From the NCBI GenBank assembly GCA_964344565.1, contig CAYFNT010000011.1, forward strand, positions 5,622 through 69,621: DNA of 64,000 nucleotides, read 5' to 3'. The stretch is from an uncultured bacterium (GTDB lineage: Bacteria; Krumholzibacteriota; Krumholzibacteriia; JACNKJ01). The notes below the pieces were generated by a model. The model was given only the letters and a program-made list of their open reading frames with translations. It did no database searches and was not told the DNA's origin. Below, piece after piece: positions 27,410 through 37,008 of the stretch (position 1 is the first letter of the stretch; each line of letters opens with the position of its first letter). The translations under genes were made by a program, and so were the position numbers.

Positions 27410-28513
27410 ATGAGAATCCTAATCGCCTTCCTTGCCACCCTTCTTATCGCCTCGTGCGCCCTGGCCGCCGGCGAATACGAGTCCGCCCTGCTCATGGAGG
27501 CTCGGAGCGGGCAGATCCTCTTCGAGGAAAACGCCGACGAGCGGTGGATCCCCGCCAGCGTGGTCAAGCTCATGCTCCTGCTCCTGGCGGATGAGGCCGT
27601 CCAGGACGGACGCGTCAAGTCCGAGACCCTGCTCACGAGTTCCAAGTATGCCAAGGGCATGGGAGGCAGCCAGGTCTACCTGGCCGCCGGCGACGAGACC
27701 AGTTTCCAGAAACTCATCGAGGCCGTGGCCGTGGGATCCGCCAACGACGCGGCGGTGACCGTGGCCGAGGGAATATTCGGCAGCGTGCCCGCGACGGTGG
27801 CGGCCATGAACGAGAAGTGCGCCGAACTCGGCATGACGAGTACCACCTACGCCAACGTGACCGGCCTGCCCGAGAACGGAGGCAGGGCCGAGAACTTCAC
27901 CACGGCGCGGGATCAGGCCATCCTCGCGAGGGAAGTGGTGCTGAATCATCCGCTCGTGCTCGAGTGGACCGGCAAGATCTACACCCGCTTTCGCAAGGGT
28001 CTCGACCTGGGCACCACCAACACCATGATGAAGGTCTACGAGGGCATGGACGGCCTCAAGACCGGCTACCACGACAAGGGACGGTCGAACCTGGTGGCCA
28101 CCGCCCAGCGCGGCGGTCGCAGGCTCATCGCCGTGGTCCTGGGTTCCCCCGGGCCCAAGCAGCGCAACGCCGAGGTGGAGCGCCTTCTGGATTCCGGCTT
28201 CGCCGATTGGGACATGCGCACGGCCTTGCGCAAGGGCGACGGCCTGGGCATCGAGTTCAGGGTTAAGCGCACCTGGCGCGGGAAGCTGCGCGTGGCCGCC
28301 GCCGAGGATCTGGTCTATCTCGCCCGTCCCGAGGACATCGCCCGCGTGAGCATCGAGCTGGAGAATCCGAGCGATCTCGCCGCGCCCTTCGATGAGGGCG
28401 AGGAAGTGGGCCGTATCGTGGTGAAGCTGGACGGCCAGGTGCTCAGTTCGGTGCCGGCCCTTGCGACCAAGCGCATGCGCGCCTCCTGGCTGAGCTGGCC
28501 CCGGGGCGAATAG
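27410..28513 (+). CDS. D-alanyl-D-alanine carboxypeptidase (peptidase S11, PBP5-like) with C-terminal domain
   Basis: Signal peptide MRILIAFLATLLIASCALA. Motifs SVVKLM (SxxK), SAND (SxN), KTG. Confidence 0.85.
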   Translation: MRILIAFLATLLIASCALAAGEYESALLMEARSGQILFEENADERWIPASVVKLMLLLLADEAVQDGRVKSETLLTSSKYAKGMGGSQVYLAAGDETSFQKLIEAVAVGSANDAAVTVAEGIFGSVPATVAAMNEKCAELGMTSTTYANVTGLPENGGRAENFTTARDQAILAREVVLNHPLVLEWTGKIYTRFRKGLDLGTTNTMMKVYEGMDGLKTGYHDKGRSNLVATAQRGGRRLIAVVLGSPGPKQRNAEVERLLDSGFADWDMRTALRKGDGLGIEFRVKRTWRGKLRVAAAEDLVYLARPEDIARVSIELENPSDLAAPFDEGEEVGRIVVKLDGQVLSSVPALATKRMRASWLSWPRGE

Positions 28514-28578
28514 GCCCTGGATTCCCACCCTTCGATCCTCTACATTTGCCGGAAATCCCCTCAACCTGGAGCGTCCCC

Positions 28579-29124
28579 ATGAAGATCCGGAAGATCCTGC
28601 CCCTGCTCGCCATCGCCCTGTTGCTGGCCGGCTGCGGAGAGAAGTCCGACGAGACCGCCAAGACCGATGCGGCCGGTGAAGCCGAAGTGGCCGAAAGCCA
28701 TGAAGGCGTGGACTGGTACGACTACGAGACCGGCATGGCCAAGGCCGCCGAAGAGGGCAAGTACGTGGTCATCGACTTCTGGACCACCTGGTGCCACTGG
28801 TGCAAGGTGCTCGACGAGAAGACCTACTCCCAGGAAATCGTGCAGCAGCGCCTGGCCGACAGCTTCATCGCCATCAAGGTCAACGCCGAGAGCAAGGATC
28901 CCCAGGGCGGCGAGACCGCCGCGCCCGGTACCCAGCTCGCCCGCATGTACGGCGTGAACAGCTATCCGACGACCTGGTTCGTGGATCCCGAAGGCAATCC
29001 CATCAGCCCGCTTCCGGGATTCGTGGAGGCGCCGCAGTTCGCACGGGTGCTCGACTACGTGTCCACCGGCGCCTACAAGACCCAGAACTTCCAGGAGTAC
29101 ATGGCCGCCGGCGAAGAGGGTTAG
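28579..29124 (+). CDS. Thioredoxin-fold lipoprotein (DUF255/thioredoxin-like thiol-disulfide protein)
   Basis: Lipobox LLAGC. ...YVVIDFWTTWCHWCKVLDEKT... CxxC in a thioredoxin context. Confidence 0.75.
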   Translation: MKIRKILPLLAIALLLAGCGEKSDETAKTDAAGEAEVAESHEGVDWYDYETGMAKAAEEGKYVVIDFWTTWCHWCKVLDEKTYSQEIVQQRLADSFIAIKVNAESKDPQGGETAAPGTQLARMYGVNSYPTTWFVDPEGNPISPLPGFVEAPQFARVLDYVSTGAYKTQNFQEYMAAGEEG

Positions 29125-29126
29125 TC

Positions 29127-29546
29127 ATGCCGGCCAAAATCCCGCCCATCGACTACAACACCTACATCGGGGTGCCGCCCGAGCGCGTCTACGAAGCGCT
29201 CACCACCGGCGAGATCTGGGACGCCTGGTTCACCCAGGGCACGACCGTGGATCCGCGGTCGGGGGGGCAGATTCACTTCAAGTGGGTGAACTTCAAGGTG
29301 GACAAGTATACCACCGAGGCGGAATGCCCCGTGCTGGAGGCCGAGCCGCCCCAGCGCTTCGTCTTCCAGTGGAAGGCCGGCGATAGCATGACCACCATCG
29401 AGTTCGATCTGGAAGCCCGCGGCGAGGGGACGGTGCTGCGGGTGAAGGAGTCGGGGCACACGGACTCGGAGAAGGATCTCGCGGCGCTGGTGGAATGCGC
29501 CAGCGGCTGGGGCGAGGCCATCACCCTGCTCAAATTCTATCTGTAG
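29127..29546 (+). CDS. SRPBCC-superfamily (AHSA1/START-like) small protein
   Basis: 139 aa; ...ERVYEALTTGEIWDAWF...FQWKAGDSMTTIEFDLEARGEGTVLRV... is typical of Aha1/polyketide-cyclase-like SRPBCC proteins. ATG lies 2 nt after the upstream stop. Confidence 0.65.
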   Translation: MPAKIPPIDYNTYIGVPPERVYEALTTGEIWDAWFTQGTTVDPRSGGQIHFKWVNFKVDKYTTEAECPVLEAEPPQRFVFQWKAGDSMTTIEFDLEARGEGTVLRVKESGHTDSEKDLAALVECASGWGEAITLLKFYL

Positions 29547-29616
29547 CACGGCGTGACCTTCGGGGAAGTACCGGAAGAGTAGCCGGTTGTAATCGTGCAA
29601 GGTCCCCCTCTCGACC

Positions 29617-29644
29617 TTGACATTGCAGAAAACACCCCTATATT
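29617..29644 (+). promoter_or_regulatory. AT-rich sigma-70-like promoter TTGACA-N16-TATATT at the head of a low-GC island
   Basis: ttgacattgcagaaaacacccctatatt, about 60 nt upstream of the ATPase ATG at 29702. Confidence 0.45.
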
Positions 29645-29701
29645 TTATGCAGAATCTGAAGGAAATACAGGCATAATACATGCATTGTCTGCTGAAATTC
29701 A

Positions 29702-31408
29702 GTGGCTATTGGAGGTCTCAGGTTGAAGAGGAAAGCGGAAGTCGAGTTAAAACAATGGTATTCATCAAGATACAGGAAGCCCATGATAGTTCGTGGTGCC
29801 CGACAAGTGGGCAAATCCACGCTTGTACGTCTCTTCGCGCAAAGCATGGGACTGCACCTATATGAAGTGGACCTGGAGCGATATCCGGCGCTACAGCCCG
29901 CATTCGCGAGCCGCGACCTGGCGAGAATCCTTCGAGAGATAGAGTTCCTGCTTGGTGAAGGCACCATAGAAGGCGAGAAGACGGTGCTCTTTCTGGATGA
30001 GATCCAGGCAATACCGGAGGCTATTCCGGTGCTGCGCGATTTCTATGAAGAGAGGCCAGACCTTTCAGTCCTTGCCGCGGGCTCTCTACTGGAGTTTGCC
30101 CTTCAAGATGCGAACTTCTCGATGCCGGTCGGGCGTGTCGACTACCTGTATCTGGAGCCCATGTCATTTGAGGAATTTCTTGAAGCATGCGGTAACGGCG
30201 ATCTTCTCAAGCTCGTGCAGGGATACAGCCTGTCTGACACCTTTCCCGAGACCGCCCACTCCCGTCTACTCAATTGCCTAAGAGACTACGTACTGGTCGG
30301 AGGCATGCCGGAGGCAGTTCTTCGATTCGTTGAAACACGAGACTATTCCGAGGCGCGCAACGCACACCGGTCAATTCTTCAAACCTACCGGGACGATTTC
30401 TCCAAGTACGCCACGAAAGCGGAACTTCGAAGGATCCAGAAGATCTTCGACTATGTGCCGAGGGGTATCGGTGAGAAACTGAAGTATGTTCGTGTGGATG
30501 GCGATGAACAGGCGAGGGATTTACGCCGGGCGATCGAACTGCTAACTTTGGCCCGTGTCATTCGAATTGTATATCACAGTGACGGAACCGGTGTCCCCCT
30601 CGGTGCGACGATCAACGAGAAGATTTACAAGCCATACTTCCTCGATATCGGGCTGGTGAACACGGCCTGCGGCCTGAACTGGATCTCCGATGATGAGATT
30701 CGTTCCGTTCGTTTCGTCAATGAAGGGATGCTCGCCGAGCAGTTTGCTGCTCAGCACCTTCCCGCAATTCAAGGAACCAGTCAGTCAGAAGTACTTTCCT
30801 ACTGGCTGCGAGAGGGGCGAAGTGGAAATGCAGAGGTGGACTTCCTGATGCAGCAAGGAGGCGAGGTCGTTCCAGTCGAGATAAAAGCTGGGCTGGCAGG
30901 ATCTCTGAAATCCTTGCACCTATTCATGAAGTCCAGAAATAAGAGCGTTGCGATCCGATTGAGCCAGCACCTGCCACGTTCCAGTTTTGTGCAGGTGAGT
31001 GGGCAGTCTGGAAACGAGAAAGAGAGGCACAGCTTTCGTCTATTATCCTTGCCACTCTATCTGGTCGAGCAATTGCCGCGGCTTCTGGCGAATATCGAGG
31101 AAGCTGTTCATGGAGGTTGGATGAAGAGGGAGTTCGCAATCGAGGAAGTAGCCAAGGGAGCGGTAGGGATTCTCCAGGACAAGTACATCAAATTGTTCAT
31201 GAATGCCGGTTCGCCGAAGAATGCGGCGCTTTTCGCGAGCTCTGATCTTGCTGAGGGCGGCGATTCTACTGTTTACTTCTCGCCAGATGCCACAGCAATC
31301 GCGAGTGAGCTAGTGACCGAGTATGGGATGGAAGCTACTATCCCGCCATCGGGAGAAGTGGTCTTGCTTGTGGGGTGGGGGGCCGATTCAGAGTTGGATT
31401 TCGGCTAG
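29702..31408 (+). CDS. AAA+ superfamily ATPase (COG1373; AAA_14 + DUF4143) with an extra ~170-aa C-terminal domain
   Basis: Walker A VRGARQVGKSTL and Walker B VLFLDEIQ, then a DUF4143-like segment (..GGMPEAVL.., ..EVDFLMQQGGEVVPVEIK). GC is ~50% against ~67% background. Stop overlaps the convergent VOC gene stop. Confidence 0.8.
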   Translation: MAIGGLRLKRKAEVELKQWYSSRYRKPMIVRGARQVGKSTLVRLFAQSMGLHLYEVDLERYPALQPAFASRDLARILREIEFLLGEGTIEGEKTVLFLDEIQAIPEAIPVLRDFYEERPDLSVLAAGSLLEFALQDANFSMPVGRVDYLYLEPMSFEEFLEACGNGDLLKLVQGYSLSDTFPETAHSRLLNCLRDYVLVGGMPEAVLRFVETRDYSEARNAHRSILQTYRDDFSKYATKAELRRIQKIFDYVPRGIGEKLKYVRVDGDEQARDLRRAIELLTLARVIRIVYHSDGTGVPLGATINEKIYKPYFLDIGLVNTACGLNWISDDEIRSVRFVNEGMLAEQFAAQHLPAIQGTSQSEVLSYWLREGRSGNAEVDFLMQQGGEVVPVEIKAGLAGSLKSLHLFMKSRNKSVAIRLSQHLPRSSFVQVSGQSGNEKERHSFRLLSLPLYLVEQLPRLLANIEEAVHGGWMKREFAIEEVAKGAVGILQDKYIKLFMNAGSPKNAALFASSDLAEGGDSTVYFSPDATAIASELVTEYGMEATIPPSGEVVLLVGWGADSELDFG

Positions 31409-31782
31409 CCCGGCCAGCGCTCGTCCTCGAAGCGCTGGATTTCCACGAGATAGCCGCTCGGATCCCGCAGGAAGCAGTGATAGATCTTGTATTCGGGATT
31501 GTAGGCCGGATCCTTCTCGAAGGGCACGCCCGCCTCGCGCAGCCGCGCGGCCCAGCCATCCACATCATCGGTGACGAGGGTCAGAATCACGCCCGCAGGC
31601 GCTTCGGCGTTCTCGCGGTGGCAGAATCCGAGGAAGCCGCCGCCGGCCACCCGCCAGATGCGGCAGCCCCCCTGATCGAGGACCAGGGGGAGCTGGAGCA
31701 ACTCTTCGTAGAAATGCCAGGTCTCGGCCGGCTTCTTCGTGTAGCCGAAGGTGAGAGCCGCGTCGAAGGGGGCGGGGCTCAC
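31405..31782 (-). CDS. VOC/glyoxalase family protein
   Basis: 125 aa, ...ILTLVTDDVDGWAARLREAGVPFEKDP...YHCFLRDPSGYLVEIQ. Translationally coupled to iorB by a 4-nt overlap. Confidence 0.75.
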   Translation of the reverse strand: MSPAPFDAALTFGYTKKPAETWHFYEELLQLPLVLDQGGCRIWRVAGGGFLGFCHRENAEAPAGVILTLVTDDVDGWAARLREAGVPFEKDPAYNPEYKIYHCFLRDPSGYLVEIQRFEDERWPG

Positions 31783-32378
31783 GAAGCCGCCATGGCCGCC
31801 GTGGCGAGTTCGGCGCCTTTCGCGAAGGCGGCGAGGTTGCCGTCCTCGGTGCCCTTAGGCACGCGGGCGCGGATGACCTTCTCCCAGATGGCCTCGTCGA
31901 AATCGAGCTGCGCCGACAGCGCGCCCAGCAAGAGCACGCTCACCATCTTCTCGTTGCCGAGTTTGCGGCACTCGTCCAGGGCGTCGATTTCGATAACCCG
32001 CTCCACGCGATCCCGCAGATCGCCCACGGGATCTTCCGGATAGGCGAACTTCTTGCCCGAGGCGATGGGCGGAATGATGGACTGGCGATTCACGATGGCC
32101 ACCCCGCCGGGGGCGATCAGATGGCCCGCGCGAAGGGCCTCGGCTCTCTCGAAGGCCAGGAGTACGTCGGCCTCTCCTTCGGGCACCATGGGGCTCCAGA
32201 CCTTCTCGCCGAAACGCACGTGGCTCGAAACCGTGCCGCCGCGCTGGCTCATACCGTGAACTTCGCTCTGCTTGGTATCGTACCCGGCCTCCATGGCGGC
32301 CTGGGCCAGAATGGCGCTGGCCAGAATGACTCCCTGTCCGCCGACTCCGACGATCAGCAGGTTGGTGTTCTCGCTCAC
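31779..32378 (-). CDS. iorB: Indolepyruvate ferredoxin oxidoreductase beta subunit (pyruvate/ketoisovalerate oxidoreductase gamma family)
   Basis: GTG start (VSENTNLLIVGVGGQGVILAS...). The R-rich upstream part of the track ORF is antisense read-through. GTGA overlap with the iorA stop. Confidence 0.85.
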   Translation of the reverse strand: MSENTNLLIVGVGGQGVILASAILAQAAMEAGYDTKQSEVHGMSQRGGTVSSHVRFGEKVWSPMVPEGEADVLLAFERAEALRAGHLIAPGGVAIVNRQSIIPPIASGKKFAYPEDPVGDLRDRVERVIEIDALDECRKLGNEKMVSVLLLGALSAQLDFDEAIWEKVIRARVPKGTEDGNLAAFAKGAELATAAMAAS

Positions 32379-34180
32379 GACGTCACCTCCTCGTTCACGA
32401 GCATGATCGCATGATCGTCGCAGGTCTGGGGGCAGAGCCCGCAGCCGGTACAGGTTTCCGTGTCGATGACCGCCCGCTGGCGTCCTTCCGCAGTGAGGGT
32501 GCCGGTCAGTGAGATCGAGGGACATCCGGTCTGCAGGCAGAGGCGGCAGCCCGTGCAGGCGTCCTCGATGATGTGATAGGGGGTCTCCTTGATCTTGTAG
32601 GGCATGAGCGCGCAGGGCGCTTCGGCCAGGATCACGCTGACGCCCTCGTACTCCTGGGCCGCCTGGAGCGCGGCCTTCACATCCTCCAGGTCGTGGTTCA
32701 TCACGTTCTCCACGTGCTCCACTCCGAGGGCCTTCACCAGGTTTTCCAGGTCGATGTCGAAGGCTTCCTCGCCCATGAGCGTATGACCGGTGGAGGGATG
32801 CTCCTGCCCGCCGGTCATGGCGGTCACGCGATTGTCGAGAATCACCACCGTGATGTTCGCCTTGTTGTAGACCGCGTCCAGCACGCCGGTCATGCCGCTG
32901 TGCAGGAAGGTGGAATCGCCGATGGTGGCGAAGATGGGCTTCTTGCCGTCCGATACCTTGCTCGCGCCGATGGCGTTGCTGATGGATGCGCCCATGTCCA
33001 GGCAGGTGTCCATGGCCGACAGGGGCGGCAATGCTCCAAGGGTGTAACAGCCGATGTCGCCGAAGACGTTCCCCCGCTGCTTCTTCAGCTCGAAGAAGAC
33101 TCCGCGGTGGGGGCATCCGGGGCAGAGCACCGGCGGTCGCGGAAGAACTTCTGCGCCCTCGGCGATTTCCGTCGAGGAATCCAGATGTCCTTCACGAACG
33201 AGACCCGCGCCCAGGCGACCGGGAGTGAGCTCTCCGAGCAGGCCCGTCACGTTCTTGCCCTCGCAGTCGATTCCCGCCGCCCTGAGCTGCTCCTCGAAGA
33301 ATGGATCGAGCTCCTCGATGACCAGCAGCCGATCGACCTGGCGCGCGAACTCGCGAATCTTTTTCAGCGGCAGGGGATAGCTCATGCCCAGCTTCAGGAA
33401 ACTCGCATCGGACAGTTTCTCGCGGGCCTGCACATAGGCGGCCCCGGCGCTGATCACGCCGAGCTTCCTGTCGCCCCACTCGATGCGGTTCAGCTCGGTG
33501 GTCTCGGCGAAGGCCCGCAGCTTCTCGAGGCGCTCCTCGACGTAGGCGTGGCGCGGACGGGCATGCCCCGGCACCATGACGTACTTGAGCGGATCCTTCT
33601 TGAAGCCCGGCACCTCGCGCTTCTGGATCTCGCCCGCCTCCACGATGCCCTTGCTGTGGCTGATGCGCGTGGTCATGCGGTAGAGCACCGGCACGTCGAA
33701 CTCCTCGCTGATCTCCATGCCTTCGGCGAGGTAGTCCTTGGCTTCCTGACTATCGCTGGGCTCGAGCATGGGCAGCTTGGCGAAGCGAGCGAAGTGGCGA
33801 TTGTCCTGCTCGTTCTGGCTGCTGTGCAGCTCGGGATCGTCGGCGGTCACGACCACGAGCCCGCCCGAAACGCCGGTGTAGGCGAGGGTCATGAGCGGGT
33901 CGGCGGCCACGTTCAGGCCCACGTGCTTCTGGGTGCTGATGGCCCGGGCGCCGCTGAATGCCGCGCCGGCGGCCACTTCGAGGCCCACCTTTTCGTTGGG
34001 CGACCACTGCACGTACATCTCGGGCACCATCTTGGCGATGGTCTCGAGAATCTCCGTGGAGGGCGTGCCGGGATACCCCGCGCCCAGGTGCACGCCGGCC
34101 TCCCGGCATCCCAGGGCGACGGCCTCGTTGCCCGACAGCAGATATCGCAGCTTCTCTTCCGGCTTGCGCGACGCTTCCAT
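32375..34180 (-). CDS. iorA: Indolepyruvate ferredoxin oxidoreductase alpha subunit (TPP- and 2x[4Fe-4S]-binding)
   Basis: 601 aa. GDIGCYTLG, TPP motif ...GDSTFLHSGM..., C-terminal CTGCRLCLQTGCP...CTGCGLCPQTC ferredoxin motifs. Confidence 0.9.
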   Translation of the reverse strand: MEASRKPEEKLRYLLSGNEAVALGCREAGVHLGAGYPGTPSTEILETIAKMVPEMYVQWSPNEKVGLEVAAGAAFSGARAISTQKHVGLNVAADPLMTLAYTGVSGGLVVVTADDPELHSSQNEQDNRHFARFAKLPMLEPSDSQEAKDYLAEGMEISEEFDVPVLYRMTTRISHSKGIVEAGEIQKREVPGFKKDPLKYVMVPGHARPRHAYVEERLEKLRAFAETTELNRIEWGDRKLGVISAGAAYVQAREKLSDASFLKLGMSYPLPLKKIREFARQVDRLLVIEELDPFFEEQLRAAGIDCEGKNVTGLLGELTPGRLGAGLVREGHLDSSTEIAEGAEVLPRPPVLCPGCPHRGVFFELKKQRGNVFGDIGCYTLGALPPLSAMDTCLDMGASISNAIGASKVSDGKKPIFATIGDSTFLHSGMTGVLDAVYNKANITVVILDNRVTAMTGGQEHPSTGHTLMGEEAFDIDLENLVKALGVEHVENVMNHDLEDVKAALQAAQEYEGVSVILAEAPCALMPYKIKETPYHIIEDACTGCRLCLQTGCPSISLTGTLTAEGRQRAVIDTETCTGCGLCPQTCDDHAIMLVNEEVTS

Positions 34181-34188
34181 CTCTCTCC

Positions 34189-36198
34189 TCAGGAATTCGC
34201 TTCGATGCGGCTTTGGTAGTAGGCGCCCAGCGCCAGGCTGAACAGGCGTGTTTCGGGACTGTCGCTGCGCGAGAGCAGCACGATGGGGACCCTGGCGCCC
34301 AGCACCAGCCCGGCCACCTTGGCCTGGCGCAACTGCAGGAGCGCCTTCACCACGAAGTTGGTGGTGCTGATGTTCGGACCCAGGAAAATGTCGGTCTCGC
34401 CGGCGAGGCGGCTCTCGAGACCCTTGATGTCGGCGGCCTCGTGACTCAGGGCGACATCGAGGGCTACCGGTCCTTCCATGAAGGCCTCGCCGAGGGCGCC
34501 TTCGTTCACCCAGTTCGCCAGCTCACGCATCTCCACGGTCTCGGGGATATCCGGATTCACTTCCTCGGTGAGGGCGAGGCCCGCGATGCGGGGCTCCTGG
34601 ATCTCGAGCTGCCGCGCCAGATCCACGGCGTTGGCCAGGATGCTCTTCCGCGTGTCGAGATCCTGCACCAGATTGATGCCCCCGTCGGTGTGCAGCATGA
34701 AGCGCGGATAGCTGGGGCTCTCGGTGACCGCGACGTGGCTGAGCACGCGCCCGGCGCGGAGCCCTTGCTCCTTGTCCAGAGCGGCGCGCAACAGCACGGC
34801 GGTGGGCACGCTGCCCTTCATGAGCAGTTCGGCCCGACCCTCGCGCACCTCGTCCACCGCCGCGGCGGCCAGCGCCTCGTCGTCGCCGTCCACATGGACC
34901 AGCGTGCAATGTTCGAGGGGAAGCACGTGCTCGATGCAGAGTTTGCGGATGACCTTCTGCGGTCCCACGAGCACGGGCTCCACGAGCTTGCGACGCACCG
35001 CCTCGCGCAGGGCCTCGATGACGCTGGCCTTGGCGGCTCCCGCCACGGCGACCCGTCGGCTGGGATCATGCTCGACCCGGTGGAGCAAGTCTTCGAAACG
35101 TCGAACGGCGAAGCCGGGCTTTTCCGGGCTGGGGGCGTCCCAATAGGTCTTGGCCTTTTCGTGCCCCTCGAGTACGCGAATCGCACCCTGGGCCAGAGCC
35201 TCCATCTCGCGCTCGCCGGGGTAGTGGAAGACCTGCCCGAGGTAGTCGATGTAGGGGCGCAGCTCCTGCAGCAGGAAATCGCTGCGGCTCATGCCGCCGG
35301 TGAGGATGACACCGTCCACGCGTCCCTTGAGCGCGGCGGCCACGGCGCCCATCTCCTTGGCGATCTGGTAGACCATGGCGCGGAAGGCGAAAGCCGACTT
35401 CTCGTCGCCCGCCTCGGCCCGGCGTTCGATTTCCTTGAGGTCGGCGGTGCCGAGGTAGCTCATGAGCCCGGCCTCGCTGGACAGGTACTTCTCGAGCTGC
35501 CGGCGTTCGGCGCCGGGCGCGAAGGCGAGGTCGAGGAGTCCGCGAATCGGCAGGGCGCCCGCGCGGTTCGCGCTGAATGGCCCCATGCCCAGCAGGGCGT
35601 CGTTCACGTCCACGATGCGCCCGCCCTTCATGGCGGCCACGCTGATGCCGCCGCCCAGATGCGCGGCGACGAATCGCGACTGTTCGAGGGGTTTGCCCAC
35701 TCGCGCGGCCGCGAGGCGCGTGACGGCCTTGAGGCTGAGGGCATGGCTCCGGCCGCTGCGCTCGATGCCCTTCACGCCGCTCACGCGGGCGAGCGGATCG
35801 AGCTCGTCCACGGTGACCGGGTCCACCACGAATGCGGGAATGCCTCGGGCATCGGCCGCGCCTCTCGCCAGGAGTCCGCCCAGCAGGCTGGCGTGCTCGC
35901 CGTATTTGGCCGAGCGTAGATCTTCGAGCAGGCCGTCGTCGGCCTCGTAGGTGCCGCCTTCCAGGGGCTTGAGGGGGCCGCCCCGTCCCACCACGGCGTC
36001 GAGTTCGGGATCGCCCGCCCGCGCGAGGAAGTCCTTGAGAGCCTGTTCCCGCAGAGGCAATTGTTCGGCGATATTCGAGAAGAGGGCCAGCTCCTCGGCC
36101 TCGTGTTCGAGGTTCTCTTCGAGCTGCGGCCCCTCTTCGTTGAAGAGCGCGATCTTGGTGCTCGTGGAGCCGGGATTGATGACCAGGACGGTCGGCAC
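34189..36198 (-). CDS. Bifunctional fusion: butyrate kinase (N-terminal ~350 aa) + phosphate butyryl/acetyl-transferase (C-terminal ~300 aa)
   Basis: N-terminus VLVINPGSTSTKIALF...VGRGG...IPAFVVDPVTVDEL...HLGGGISVA...ILTGG matches Buk. C-terminus ...ELLMKGSVPTAVLLRAAL...SHVAVTE...GPVALDVALS...SRSDS matches Ptb/Pta. Single 669-aa ORF, 8 nt downstream of iorA. Confidence 0.85.
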   Translation of the reverse strand: MPTVLVINPGSTSTKIALFNEEGPQLEENLEHEAEELALFSNIAEQLPLREQALKDFLARAGDPELDAVVGRGGPLKPLEGGTYEADDGLLEDLRSAKYGEHASLLGGLLARGAADARGIPAFVVDPVTVDELDPLARVSGVKGIERSGRSHALSLKAVTRLAAARVGKPLEQSRFVAAHLGGGISVAAMKGGRIVDVNDALLGMGPFSANRAGALPIRGLLDLAFAPGAERRQLEKYLSSEAGLMSYLGTADLKEIERRAEAGDEKSAFAFRAMVYQIAKEMGAVAAALKGRVDGVILTGGMSRSDFLLQELRPYIDYLGQVFHYPGEREMEALAQGAIRVLEGHEKAKTYWDAPSPEKPGFAVRRFEDLLHRVEHDPSRRVAVAGAAKASVIEALREAVRRKLVEPVLVGPQKVIRKLCIEHVLPLEHCTLVHVDGDDEALAAAAVDEVREGRAELLMKGSVPTAVLLRAALDKEQGLRAGRVLSHVAVTESPSYPRFMLHTDGGINLVQDLDTRKSILANAVDLARQLEIQEPRIAGLALTEEVNPDIPETVEMRELANWVNEGALGEAFMEGPVALDVALSHEAADIKGLESRLAGETDIFLGPNISTTNFVVKALLQLRQAKVAGLVLGARVPIVLLSRSDSPETRLFSLALGAYYQSRIEANS

Positions 36199-36296
36199 GG
36201 GAAGCCTCCATTGGGGAGCAGGACCTCTTGAATATCAACAAGTAACCCCTTCCGGGGCCGGTCGTCAATGGACGGCGGGCATCCTGACCACAGGGC

Positions 36297-36794
36297 CTAA
36301 ACGAAATCGGCAGCGAGACGACGTAGCCGCTTGAGACACTCGTGCAGGCGCACCCTGAGGGTACCCTCGCTGGGGCCATCCATTTCCCGGGCGATGTCGC
36401 GATAGGAGCGCCGCTCATAGAAGCGTTGCCGGATCAACCTGCGGCATGAGCCTCCGAGGTCGAGCAGGGCCCGGCGGATGCGCTCGCCGGTCTCCTTGCG
36501 CGACAGCCGCTCCAGGGGATCGTCATCGGCTTCGGGCCAGTCGTCGTGCAGCGGCAGGACGACCCGGCGCCGGCGGATCCAGTCGATGCAACGGGCCAGG
36601 GCGATCTTGCGCACGAAGCCGCGGAAGCTGCGGTTGAGCTGGAAGCCCTCCCTAGCGCTGGCGACCAGCAGACTGGTGAGGGTGTCCTGGATCAGGTCGT
36701 CTCGCTCTCCTGGAGGGATGGACAGGCGGGCGCTGCGCACGGTGATGGCGATCCAGGCCTCGACGGTGTCGCAGGCTTTCGACTCGCCGCGCAT
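36297..36794 (-). CDS. RNA polymerase ECF-type sigma-70 factor
   Basis: Region 2 (...DLIQDTLTSLL...) and region 4 (...RSYRDIAREMDGPSEGTLRVRLHECLKRLR...). Confidence 0.85.
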   Translation of the reverse strand: MRGESKACDTVEAWIAITVRSARLSIPPGERDDLIQDTLTSLLVASAREGFQLNRSFRGFVRKIALARCIDWIRRRRVVLPLHDDWPEADDDPLERLSRKETGERIRRALLDLGGSCRRLIRQRFYERRSYRDIAREMDGPSEGTLRVRLHECLKRLRRLAADFV

Positions 36795-37008
36795 GAAGGC
36801 GGCGAGGAGGCGGCGTTCCTCGTCGTGGTCGATTGCCTGGCGTTCGGACAGGGCAGCCTTCCTTCGAGTTATGAGGACGGCACGGATCGCGAGCCATTAG
36901 CCTATGGCCAAGGCTGCGGCAGGTCAACGAAGAAAGGTCATTTCGTCTTTACCCTTGAGAGAGTGGCGGACTTGCCCTAGGCTTGCTCCACCTTAGCAGC
37001 GAGGCGGG

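Noticed and set aside
31779-33116. 445-aa ORF as a single large protein
   Set aside because: Only the last 199 codons (from GTG at 32378) match IorB; the upstream 246 codons are the antisense of iorA.
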